Origin: a virus
IMG/VR virus record: IMGVR_UViG_3300042938_001476
Coordinates: 4,966 to 68,965 of that record
DNA length: 64,000 nt
Direction: 5' to 3' (one strand)
Each line of letters starts with the position of its first letter. Positions within the stretch are counted from its first letter, which is position 1. Below, piece after piece: positions 1 to 9,300 of this stretch. A program made the translations under genes and the position numbers. The notes beneath the pieces are model-generated. The model did no database searches. It was given only the letters and a program-made list of their open reading frames with translations, and had not been told where the DNA came from.

Positions 1-2
1 AC

Positions 3-941
3 TCTGCCATTGTTCCATCACTTGACAATCAGTCAAATGTAGATCGCTTTAATTCTTATTTAAACCTTGCACAAGAAAGGTTGATTAACAGCGGGAAGTG
101 GAATGGAACAATCCTTCCGGTTCGATTTTATTCCCCAAGCGGAATGATTACGCTTCCAAGGCGATTCACTTCTGCTCTTGCTGCGAAGTGGAATAAAGAT
201 ACCGGAACAGGAAATATTGCTTCTGGGCCTATTAAGATTCGCAATGGTTGGTTTACATACCTCACCCCAATTTCAGACCTGTGGACAGCTTCGTATTGGC
301 CGAGATATGGCTATAACGAAACATTCTTTGATGACCTTGGTGATGGTTTTGCTACATTTGCAAACCCAACATATGAGACATTTACACTCAGAATTGAGAT
401 TGAGAATGCAAGCGATGCGTTAAAGCAAGTTGTTATTAAAGGCAAGGATCAAAATAACAATGATGTAACAATGAATGTTACCCTTGTAAGCCCAGACATT
501 ACAGTAAATCAAGTTTTTTCAAGCATTACATTTTTCCAAAAGCCAATTACAAGTGGGGCCATAAACCTTTATGCAGTCAACGGACTAAACGAAGAGAAGA
601 TTGGCGCATACGAATCCACTGAAACAACAGCAAGTTATCACCGTTATGCAGTCCCTAACAATGACACAATTGACTATCTTGATGTTCTTTGCAAAATTAG
701 ATTTGTTCCATGTATATACGACACAGATGAAGTTATTGTCTCTAACCTTGGTGCATTAAAGAATATGCTTACATCACTAAAGTTTGAAGATGAAGCTGAC
801 CTTGAAAGGTCTGAAATGTTTTTCATGAAAGCATTACAATTACTAAACGGAGAAAGCAGAGAGGTTAGGGGCGGATCGCAATGGAGATTGAATATTGACA
901 AATCTTCAATGCAGTTTGATAATCTTTGGCCAGGAAGATAA
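3..941 (+). CDS. putative tail tubular/head-tail adaptor protein (5' truncated by window edge)
   Basis: Frame is open from base 3 (SAIVPSLDNQ...YLNLAQERLINSGKW); lies directly before fibre and ejection-type genes. Function inferred from position and general resemblance only. Confidence 0.45.
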   Translation, partial: SAIVPSLDNQSNVDRFNSYLNLAQERLINSGKWNGTILPVRFYSPSGMITLPRRFTSALAAKWNKDTGTGNIASGPIKIRNGWFTYLTPISDLWTASYWPRYGYNETFFDDLGDGFATFANPTYETFTLRIEIENASDALKQVVIKGKDQNNNDVTMNVTLVSPDITVNQVFSSITFFQKPITSGAINLYAVNGLNEEKIGAYESTETTASYHRYAVPNNDTIDYLDVLCKIRFVPCIYDTDEVIVSNLGALKNMLTSLKFEDEADLERSEMFFMKALQLLNGESREVRGGSQWRLNIDKSSMQFDNLWPGR

Positions 942-944
942 AAT

Positions 945-2840
945 ATGTATACATTTTCACAAACACCAGGAGAACTTAATATTGAAGCCGTATTAGGCAC
1001 GGACTTTGGAATAGCATTAAATTTTGGTGGAGACATCTCTTCATATACATTTGATGCTGGTATTATTTTAAACGAATATCCATCCGAAACAATTTATGGA
1101 ATAACCTCAAGCATAGCAGGAACAAACATTGTTCAGCTAACATTGACTGATGCTCAAACAACAAGCATTGGGGTTATCTCCAATAAAAAATGGTTTTTAA
1201 ATAGAAGCAAGGATGGAATCAGCCAAATGGTTCTTTCTGGGAGGTTTGAAATATCAAGCACTCCGGTTGGTCAAAACCTTGGAGAGATAAGTTATATCAT
1301 AATTAACGATATCACGGTTTCTTCTTTAAATTCAATTGGGCCAACGGGTGCGACTGGATTAACTGGAGCAACCGGAAGCGGGTCAACTGGCGCAACTGGA
1401 ATTGGCTCTACAGGAACAACAGGCGCAACTGGGCCAGTAGGCTCAACTGGAGCTACTGGTGGCGCTGGTATTGCTGGGCCAACAGGAGCTACAGGATTGG
1501 GAGCAACGGGATTTAATGGGCCAACTGGAACTACTGGGGCGACTGGTGTTACTGGGGCTACGGGTTCTGGGGCTACAGGCGCAACTGGGCCTCAAGGAGA
1601 ACCTGGCCCCGCAGCTACAATTGGTTCAACTGGAGCTACGGGCCTTGGGGCAACTGGAATAACTGGGGCAACTGGATCGACTGGAGTTACTGGGCAAACT
1701 ACAGCATTTTATAGATATAGTGCGGAGGCAACTCAAACATCAGGTTTCCCAGTTGATGGGTTTTTATATTGGAATAATGGAACTCAAATCAATTCAACAT
1801 TAGTTTCTGTTTCTCATATCACTTCTCTTTCGGAAGACATTGACATACTTATATCTTTGATCGGGGTTGGAAATCAGTTTGTAATTCAAGATAAGTTAAA
1901 TTCAAATAGTTTTCAGAAATGGCAAGTATCTTCTGCACCTATAATTATTCCTAATAGTTATACTGAAATTCCTGTAACTCTTGTTAGCAGTGCTGGTGGA
2001 GGACAATCTAACTTTGCACAAGGAACAAATCTAATATTTGTTATAACACAGCAAGGACTTCAAGGGGCAAGTGGGATTAATACTATATACGATGATTCAA
2101 ATCCAATTCCGCCATTAGCTCCAGTTGAGGGTCAGAGATGGGTTGACACGGGAACTCTTATTGAATATCAGTGGTATGACGATGTATGGGTTGAAGTTAA
2201 TGCCCCAATGCTTGGTCTTACTGGCGCAACGGGAGCTGGTGCTACTGGTGCAACTGGAATTGGTGCAACTGGTGCTACTGGATTAACTGGCGCAACAGGT
2301 GTTGGTTCTACAGGCGCAACAGGTTCAATAGGATTAACAGGAACCACGGGAGCAACAGGAGCCACTGGTGTGACTGGTGCAACTGGATTAACTGGAGGGG
2401 CTGGATCAACTGGAGCTACTGGTTTTGGAGCTACCGGAGCAACGGGAGCAACTGGAGTAATCCCATCAACAATAGCTACACTTGCAATTACGGGAGAAGC
2501 ATCATTTGGACTTCCGGTAGAAACTAAAGAAACCCCAGTAATATCGGGAGGAACGCTTACGCTTAATCTTGCATCGGCTACATTCTTTTATGTGACCCTA
2601 AATGCAATAACATCGGTAGTATTTTCAAGTCCACCAGTATCTCCTAAAGTATTTTCATTTACCCTTCAGTTTGTTGCCAATGGATCGAGTTATGCGGTTA
2701 CTTGGCCTGCTTCTGTTAGGTGGGGGGGGGCAGGACAGCCAACATTAACAACAACCAACAACAAAGTTGATACATTTACATTTTTTACACATGATGGTGG
2801 GGTTAATTGGTTTGGATTTATTAGTGGTCAGAATTTTTAA
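945..2840 (+). CDS. collagen-like (G-A-T triplet) tail/virion fibre protein
   Basis: Two long GATGATG/GSTG triplet tracts separated by globular segments; C-terminal beta-rich domain (VTWPASVRW...DTFTFFT..GG..W.G) typical of phage fibres. Confidence 0.75.
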   Translation: MYTFSQTPGELNIEAVLGTDFGIALNFGGDISSYTFDAGIILNEYPSETIYGITSSIAGTNIVQLTLTDAQTTSIGVISNKKWFLNRSKDGISQMVLSGRFEISSTPVGQNLGEISYIIINDITVSSLNSIGPTGATGLTGATGSGSTGATGIGSTGTTGATGPVGSTGATGGAGIAGPTGATGLGATGFNGPTGTTGATGVTGATGSGATGATGPQGEPGPAATIGSTGATGLGATGITGATGSTGVTGQTTAFYRYSAEATQTSGFPVDGFLYWNNGTQINSTLVSVSHITSLSEDIDILISLIGVGNQFVIQDKLNSNSFQKWQVSSAPIIIPNSYTEIPVTLVSSAGGGQSNFAQGTNLIFVITQQGLQGASGINTIYDDSNPIPPLAPVEGQRWVDTGTLIEYQWYDDVWVEVNAPMLGLTGATGAGATGATGIGATGATGLTGATGVGSTGATGSIGLTGTTGATGATGVTGATGLTGGAGSTGATGFGATGATGATGVIPSTIATLAITGEASFGLPVETKETPVISGGTLTLNLASATFFYVTLNAITSVVFSSPPVSPKVFSFTLQFVANGSSYAVTWPASVRWGGAGQPTLTTTNNKVDTFTFFTHDGGVNWFGFISGQNF

Positions 2841-2844
2841 TGTT

Positions 2845-3798
2845 ATGAGTTTTTTAGGCAGAAAATTAATGCTTGGGAATATTAGTGATGGATTGACATG
2901 GGCTTTTACTTTAATGCCTGGAAATATTAATAGTTGGAGTTCAGTTACATACGGAGGAGGTAGATTTGTTGCTGTTAGTAACGGTTCAGAGAAAGTAGCA
3001 TATAGTGATGATGGAGTGACATGGCTTTTTACTACAATACCACTTCCAACCAGCGTTTATAATTGGACATCAGTTACATACGGAGGAGGCAGATTTGTTG
3101 CTGTTAGTTCTTTAACAGGTTCTTCGTATGGCTCACAATGGGCAGCATATAGTGATGATGGAGTGACATGGTTTACTACTGTATTTCCATTTTATACAGA
3201 TTGGAGTTCAGTTACATACGGAGGAGGTAGATTTGTTGCTGTTAGTAGCGACTCAAGTGGCTCAGGCGCAGCAGCATATAGTGATGATGGAGTGACATGG
3301 TTTGCTACTACAATGCCAAGTTATACAAATTGGGGTCCAGTTACATACGGAGGAGGTAGATTTGTTGCTGTTAGTTATCCCAACTCAAACGTGGCAGCAT
3401 ATAGTGATGATGGAGTGACATGGTTTGCTACTACAATGCCGATTTCTACCGGCTGGAGATCAGTTACATACGGAGGAGGTAGATTTGTTGCTGTTAATAT
3501 ACTCTTAAACGCATCAGCATATAGTGATGATGGAGTGACATGGGTTAATACCATATTTTTATTTCCATTTTCTATCGGTTATAATTGGAAACCAATTACA
3601 TACGGAGGAGGTAGATTTGTTGTTGTTGGTACTTTAAATGGTTTTGTGGCTGGATCAAACGTGGCAGTATATAGTGATGCTGGAGTGTCATGGCTTTCTA
3701 CTACAATGCCAAATTATAACTGGACATCAGCTACATACGGAGAAGGTAGATTTGTTGCTGTTAGTTCCTCCTCCAACGCGGTAGCATATACAATATAA
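2845..3798 (+). CDS. BNR/Asp-box repeat beta-propeller, putative receptor-binding protein
   Basis: About 7 repeats of WxSVTYGGGRFVAVS...AAYSDDGVTW (SxDxGxTW Asp-box); in-frame ATG at 2845 just after the upstream stop at 2840. Confidence 0.75.
   Translation: MSFLGRKLMLGNISDGLTWAFTLMPGNINSWSSVTYGGGRFVAVSNGSEKVAYSDDGVTWLFTTIPLPTSVYNWTSVTYGGGRFVAVSSLTGSSYGSQWAAYSDDGVTWFTTVFPFYTDWSSVTYGGGRFVAVSSDSSGSGAAAYSDDGVTWFATTMPSYTNWGPVTYGGGRFVAVSYPNSNVAAYSDDGVTWFATTMPISTGWRSVTYGGGRFVAVNILLNASAYSDDGVTWVNTIFLFPFSIGYNWKPITYGGGRFVVVGTLNGFVAGSNVAVYSDAGVSWLSTTMPNYNWTSATYGEGRFVAVSSSSNAVAYTI
2935..3765 (+). repeat. in-frame coding tandem repeats (~125-140 bp unit)
   Basis: cagttacatacggaggaggtagatttgttgctgtta and gcatatagtgatgatggagtgacatgg recur nearly identically 6-7 times with variable inter-block segments. 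Confidence 0.9.
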
Positions 3799-3863
3799 TT
3801 TTTAAATAGCAATCCATCTAAATAGTGCTATACATCAATCAATAATCGTTTAACAATAAATCT

Positions 3864-4397
3864 ATGGCTAAATCAGTAGAAAAACCACCCAAGTTCCAAC
3901 CACTAAAAGACAACTATGAACGCTTCATGGATGTGCTGAAACGCAATAAGGACAAGCGTCTGCCAGCGGTTGATGAAACACTTCGAGATAGAGTTAAAAA
4001 ACTTAAAGACCAAAGGTTTCTTGATGAAGGTGACGAGTCAGAACCACCGGAGCCAGAACCTACTTTAGCAAATAGAGATTTGAACTCGGAATACTATGGC
4101 GGGGTTGATAATGTTCCAGTCCGTAAGGCTATAGCTGTTAAACCCCGTGAGGAGGGTGTTAAGCGCATGCAGCGCAGAATGCGTGAATCTCTCGGAGAGA
4201 AAGACAAGACCCCTACAATCACGATTGCAAAGGAAGCTAAAGAGCCAGAGAAAAAAGGAAAGGTTATTCCTGGATTTGAGAAAGCCGGAAGACCATCAAC
4301 AATTCGCGTTGGTGGAAGCAAGCCTAAATCAACTCCAGAGCAGATTGAGTCCCGCAAGAAGATGCTTCGTAGGAATACAATATTTGGAAGGAGATAA
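3864..4397 (+). CDS. hypothetical charged protein, possible internal virion protein
   Basis: 177-aa K/E/R-rich ORF, first of four tightly packed genes ending in the giant protein. Confidence 0.55.
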   Translation: MAKSVEKPPKFQPLKDNYERFMDVLKRNKDKRLPAVDETLRDRVKKLKDQRFLDEGDESEPPEPEPTLANRDLNSEYYGGVDNVPVRKAIAVKPREEGVKRMQRRMRESLGEKDKTPTITIAKEAKEPEKKGKVIPGFEKAGRPSTIRVGGSKPKSTPEQIESRKKMLRRNTIFGRR

Positions 4398-4399
4398 TT

Positions 4400-5539
4400 A
4401 TGGCTGAAACGCAATCAACTGGAGCCAATATAGCTGGGCTTAGAATAAGACAAGCTCTTTCTGATGCATTTGATAAATATGGAATTTCAAAAACAGCTAA
4501 AAATTATAAAGAAGGTTTAATTAATCCAATTTTAAACCTTTATCCAAATGCCGTAAATCTTAGCGCGGCAGCACTTGAATCTGGCGCTGGATTACTTGGC
4601 GCTCAATATAATGCTGGCAGAATGCCATTGTATGAGACTGGGCCGCTTATTTCTCCATTAATAACTGGAGATAGCCAAAACCAAGATACTCAAATTGATC
4701 CAGAGCCACCAGAACCAAAACCAACTCCATCTAATACAGAGGTGTCGCAAGAAGAAGCCCCAACCATTTCAGTTCGTAAGCCTAATGAGTCTGGTTTTTT
4801 ATATAGAGTAATGTATGCAGGTAAGGGGGGAAAAGAATCTCAAGTATTTGAAACACAAAAAGAGGCTGATAACGCATTAAAAAATTCTGGCGGAAAAGGT
4901 GCTGTTGCAAGAATTGCTCTTGGATATAAACCCAGCGAAAAAAAAGAAAAGGTATTTAACGATAAGTATATGATAGGTAAGCTTGGAGAGCCTCTTCCCG
5001 CCGAAGAACAGGCGGCAAAAAAGAAAGCGTATCTTGACACATTTTATAAGGTTAAAGCGGATAAAACAATGGGTGATATTCGTGATGCTCAATTGAAACA
5101 AAATTTAAAAAAAATCAAATCCCCAGAGTATAAGGCAGCAGTTCAAGAAAGAATCAAGCTGGCTAACGAAGCAAAACGAGCAGAGGATAAAAAGGCTGGT
5201 GCTGGATTTGAATCATGGCGCTCTAATGTAAAAGCAGGACGGGTAGCTGAAGAAGACTTTAATACATACAATCAACAGCTTGGTATTTTAAAACAAGCAT
5301 ATACACAGGCAAAGCGTTCCGGTAATTTAAAAGCGGCATATGATATTTCAATGGACATTGAAGACTTTCAAGCTGGCATTCCAAAAGAAATGGGCGCTCG
5401 GAAAAAAGAAATAACAAGAAGGACATTAGCTACAAGAAACGCTATGCTTGAAGAGCAAGAAAAAAACGCAAGAACACAGGCAGCAAATCCAGACTATATT
5501 AATTCTTTTAATAAACCAATTGCAATGAGGTATCAATAA
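4400..5539 (+). CDS. putative DNA ejection/internal virion protein
   Basis: 379 aa, Ala/Lys-rich and helical; synteny upstream of the giant ejection-type protein. Confidence 0.5.
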   Translation: MAETQSTGANIAGLRIRQALSDAFDKYGISKTAKNYKEGLINPILNLYPNAVNLSAAALESGAGLLGAQYNAGRMPLYETGPLISPLITGDSQNQDTQIDPEPPEPKPTPSNTEVSQEEAPTISVRKPNESGFLYRVMYAGKGGKESQVFETQKEADNALKNSGGKGAVARIALGYKPSEKKEKVFNDKYMIGKLGEPLPAEEQAAKKKAYLDTFYKVKADKTMGDIRDAQLKQNLKKIKSPEYKAAVQERIKLANEAKRAEDKKAGAGFESWRSNVKAGRVAEEDFNTYNQQLGILKQAYTQAKRSGNLKAAYDISMDIEDFQAGIPKEMGARKKEITRRTLATRNAMLEEQEKNARTQAANPDYINSFNKPIAMRYQ

Positions 5540-5540
5540 A

Positions 5541-6335
5541 ATGGCTGACAGAAGATACAGGAATGAATCAAGCGGTTTTAATGTTTTAAGGGGTGGAATA
5601 ACGCCACTTGAAAGAATATCGCAAGCAAACCTTGCAAGAACACCGGATGCGTTTAGTTATGCTGAACTTGATAAAAAATACCCTACCCGCCAGGTAAGGC
5701 CAATGGTTCCCACATACATTCAGCAGGAGCTTGACGAGGACTTGCTTGAGCAAAAAGAACAACTTGCAATGCAGAAGGCAAGAGAAGCACAGGCGAGTAT
5801 TTATGAGTCCCAATTGAATGAAAGAATTTTATCGGCAGAGCAAGTTCCATTGGCAAGGGCTGCATTTTCGCAACTAAATCCTCAAGACCCAAACTATCCT
5901 CAGAAGCGTGATGAAATTCTAATGAGTTATCCATACGCTGAAAATGATGTTTCTTTTATGAGAAGTATCGTTGCAAGAAATGATAGAACATACGACAATT
6001 ACTCTAAGAAAAACATTGGCACTAACATGACTCTTGATGATTACGGCAACGCTGTAAAAGAAATTGTAGATATGGAAAGAGCGGCAACAGCACTTGGTGA
6101 AGAGTTGTCTCCTGCACAGAAAAAATATAGGGGACTTAGAGCCTCACAGATTAAGCAATTTGAAAGTCAGCAGGGAGCAGGGGAGCTTGTTAGTCCTAAA
6201 CAACAACCAAAAGCAGAGGCATCAATTGAAGATGAAGAGGTATCTGTAGCGCGAAGAATTATTGCAAGAAACCCACAAAGGAAAGATGAGATAAATAGAA
6301 GATTGATTTCAGCAGGAAAATCCCCTATTGAATAG
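5541..6335 (+). CDS. putative DNA ejection/internal virion protein
   Basis: 264 aa, Q/E/R-rich coiled character; immediately precedes the 10-kb gene. Confidence 0.5.
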   Translation: MADRRYRNESSGFNVLRGGITPLERISQANLARTPDAFSYAELDKKYPTRQVRPMVPTYIQQELDEDLLEQKEQLAMQKAREAQASIYESQLNERILSAEQVPLARAAFSQLNPQDPNYPQKRDEILMSYPYAENDVSFMRSIVARNDRTYDNYSKKNIGTNMTLDDYGNAVKEIVDMERAATALGEELSPAQKKYRGLRASQIKQFESQQGAGELVSPKQQPKAEASIEDEEVSVARRIIARNPQRKDEINRRLISAGKSPIE

Positions 6336-6337
6336 CT

Positions 6338-9300
6338 ATGGGACTTTTTGATGATATTCTTGAAGAGGAGGGAATGGTTGAGCCGCCCCCTCAAAAACAA
6401 AGCGCAATCCGCAAGGGGGGATTATTTGATGACATTCTTGAAGAAGAAGGAATGCTTGCAGAAGATCAATCGCAATTTGATGCAGATTACTTTACTCCAA
6501 AACCACTAAAGACGGAGAAGAAAGAATTACCAGAAGGACAAAGCGTATTTCGCCAGGTAGCAGATGTTCCGCTTGGCGTTGCCCGTGGTGGCGTTATTGG
6601 CATCAAGATGATGACTGATATTTTGGGTGCTGATAATCCAGTGTCAAAATCATTGGCCGGAGTTGAGGGATACATGGCTGATTTGATGTCCGCTCAAGCC
6701 AAGGAAGACCAACAAGAGATCGCTCGCATTATGAAGGATGCCGAGGATAAAGGATTTGGAGAGCAAGTTAAAGCTGGCATTAAAGCATTCAGCATCGCTC
6801 CAGTTGACATTATGTCTCAAGCGTTGGGAACAATGGCTCCGGTTCTTGCTACTGGTCTTGCTGGAGGTGCTGCTAAACTTGGAGCATTGGGTATTAGGGG
6901 GCTTCAACTTGGTGTTGGTGCTGGAATGGGTGCTGGCATGATTAAAGGTGAGATTTACAATGAGGTTAAAAACGAACTCATTAACTCTGGAACTCCAGAG
7001 GAAGTTGCAGAAAAAGCTGCTGTTGATGCTCAAGCATACGGAGGAAAAAACCTGGATCAGATTCTACTTGGAGCAGGACTTGGCGCAGCATCTACTTTGG
7101 GGGCTGAAGGAATTATTACCAGAATCTTGACCAAGCAAGGCAAGGCTTCTACCGCAGGACTTATATCTCGCACATTGAAGGGTGGCATTACAGAAGCTAT
7201 TCCAGAAGGTTTTCAAGCTGCACAAGAACAACTTGCTAAAAATGTCGCGTTGCAGAGGGAGGGTTTTGATGTTGATCCATCCCGTGGTGTTGTTGCTGCC
7301 GCTACAATGGAAGCTATAGCTGGTGCGCCATTAGGAGGAATTGCTGGTGCTGTTGAACGACCAGCTAAAGTTAAGACCCTTGAAGAGGAAAAATTTGAGC
7401 AGACCAATGAGATTGCAAGAAAGGTTGCTGAAAGCGGTGCGCCACTTACTGCATCCGCGCTTCAAGACAAAGCTGCCGCTAATCTAAATCAAGATGAGCT
7501 TGCAAGAAAACTTGACGAAGAACTTTCCCTTACTGCCGTAAAGCCAACCGCAGCATCTCCAACGGCAATCCCTACAAAGGATGATTATGTTGCAAGGTAT
7601 TCTGCTATTGCACAGGCAGCGCCAGAAGAGATTACAAGAGCAGAACAATCATTCACAAACGAACTTGCCACTGCTGATACAGAAGAGAAGCGTATCAACG
7701 CACAGAACGCATTGGACGCAATCAAAGAAGTAAAGGCAGTTGGGATTACTCCTGCTGCACAACCCGTAACTCCGGTTACACAACAACCAACAATAGATGC
7801 CGCTCAAGAAATCATCCAGCAACAAGGCGTTCGTCAAGAACCTCAAGACGGAACTCAAGTCGGGGCGACCCCAGAAGCAAGCGTTAGCGATAGCGTACTC
7901 GGTGCAGAAGGAATCCAAGAAGAAGGGCAAGTAGATTCTACAATATTTGATTTGCAGTCTGTCGCGAATAACACGGCAACTCGCGAACAGATTTCGTCTC
8001 TGTCGCTTTCTGGACTTGTAGACATCCGTAAGGGGCAAGCCATCATCAATGAGGACGGAGAGGGCATCCTGGCGCAAGCACAAGCCCCATTGCCAAAGCT
8101 CACGCCAGAAGAAAGAGCCGCTGAAGTTGAGGCTGCTCCAGCCACTCCGATTCCATCAGAACCTATCATTGGAGAAATTCCGCAAACTTCTCCGATAGTA
8201 GGCGAGGCTATTACAGAGACTACTCCAGTAGAACAAGTTGCGCCGCAAAAAACAATAACAGTATTTCATGCAACAGACACGCAACCTAAATCTGGTCAAA
8301 AATCTGGATACTATCCAGGCACATATACCGGAATAGATGAGGGTTTTGTTAAAGATTTTGGTAAGAACCTATTTTCAACTCAAGTTGATATAGATAAAAT
8401 ATACAAAGTAAGCAATGAAAGTGACTCGCAACAACTTAAAAAGGATGCGCGAAACGCTGGATTTGATGTTCGTAATGCAAACGGAAATGGAGAAACACAA
8501 TATCTTATATCAAATGGATATGAGGCAATACAGAGAGGGAAGGAAATAATTTTATTGTCTCCAGAAAAGTATAATTTTAGTAAAATCCAGAAACAACCAG
8601 CAGAACCTATCATCTTGGAAAAACCACAAACTTCCGAGATAGTAGGCGCTGAAACTCCTGCCATTGTTGAACAAGAACAAGTTGTGCCAGTAGAAAGAGC
8701 AATAGATGTAGCGAGAAAAACAAACTTTGCCGCAGCCACAACGAGGGAAGAAGCTGGAGATATAGGAAGAAATCTTGCGAGCCAAGACCCTAATTTACCT
8801 CCATTACCTCCACAGCAATTTGAAGTTCTTGAAAGTATATCAAATTTCCAAAACAGAAAGGGTTACAATCCAGATGTATTAACTGAAGAGTTGATTAATG
8901 AGGCTCGAAATAACGGATTTATTACTGGAAAGCAACTTGGCAAAATTAAATTTACTGAAACCGGAAGAAATCAATTAAGGGAATGGTCTGATCAAGCAAG
9001 AGAGAGAAGCCTTGCACAAAGCGCATTGAGCGACGAGATTAGCGATATTGCCGTATCTCAATGGGATGCAGCAAATGATCCAACTTCAGCGGCAGCAATG
9101 GCGGCACAAACCGCTACACCTCCCGCACCAGTCACCGAGCAAGCTGCACCAGCAGAAGCTCCCGCGCCAGAGGTTGCGCCTATCCAGCGTGATGTCACGA
9201 AGCCAGAGCAGATGACTCCAGGGGAGCGTGGAATTCAAGGTCACAAATTAGTTATTGAACAAGCAAGGCAAGACCTTGAGTTAGCAAAAACAGGTCAAAC

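Noticed and set aside
2935-3765. CRISPR array or DGR in the repeat gene
   Set aside because: Repeats are in-frame coding blocks of two alternating kinds. No cas or reverse transcriptase gene is in the window, and differences are indels and mixed substitutions, not adenine-specific.
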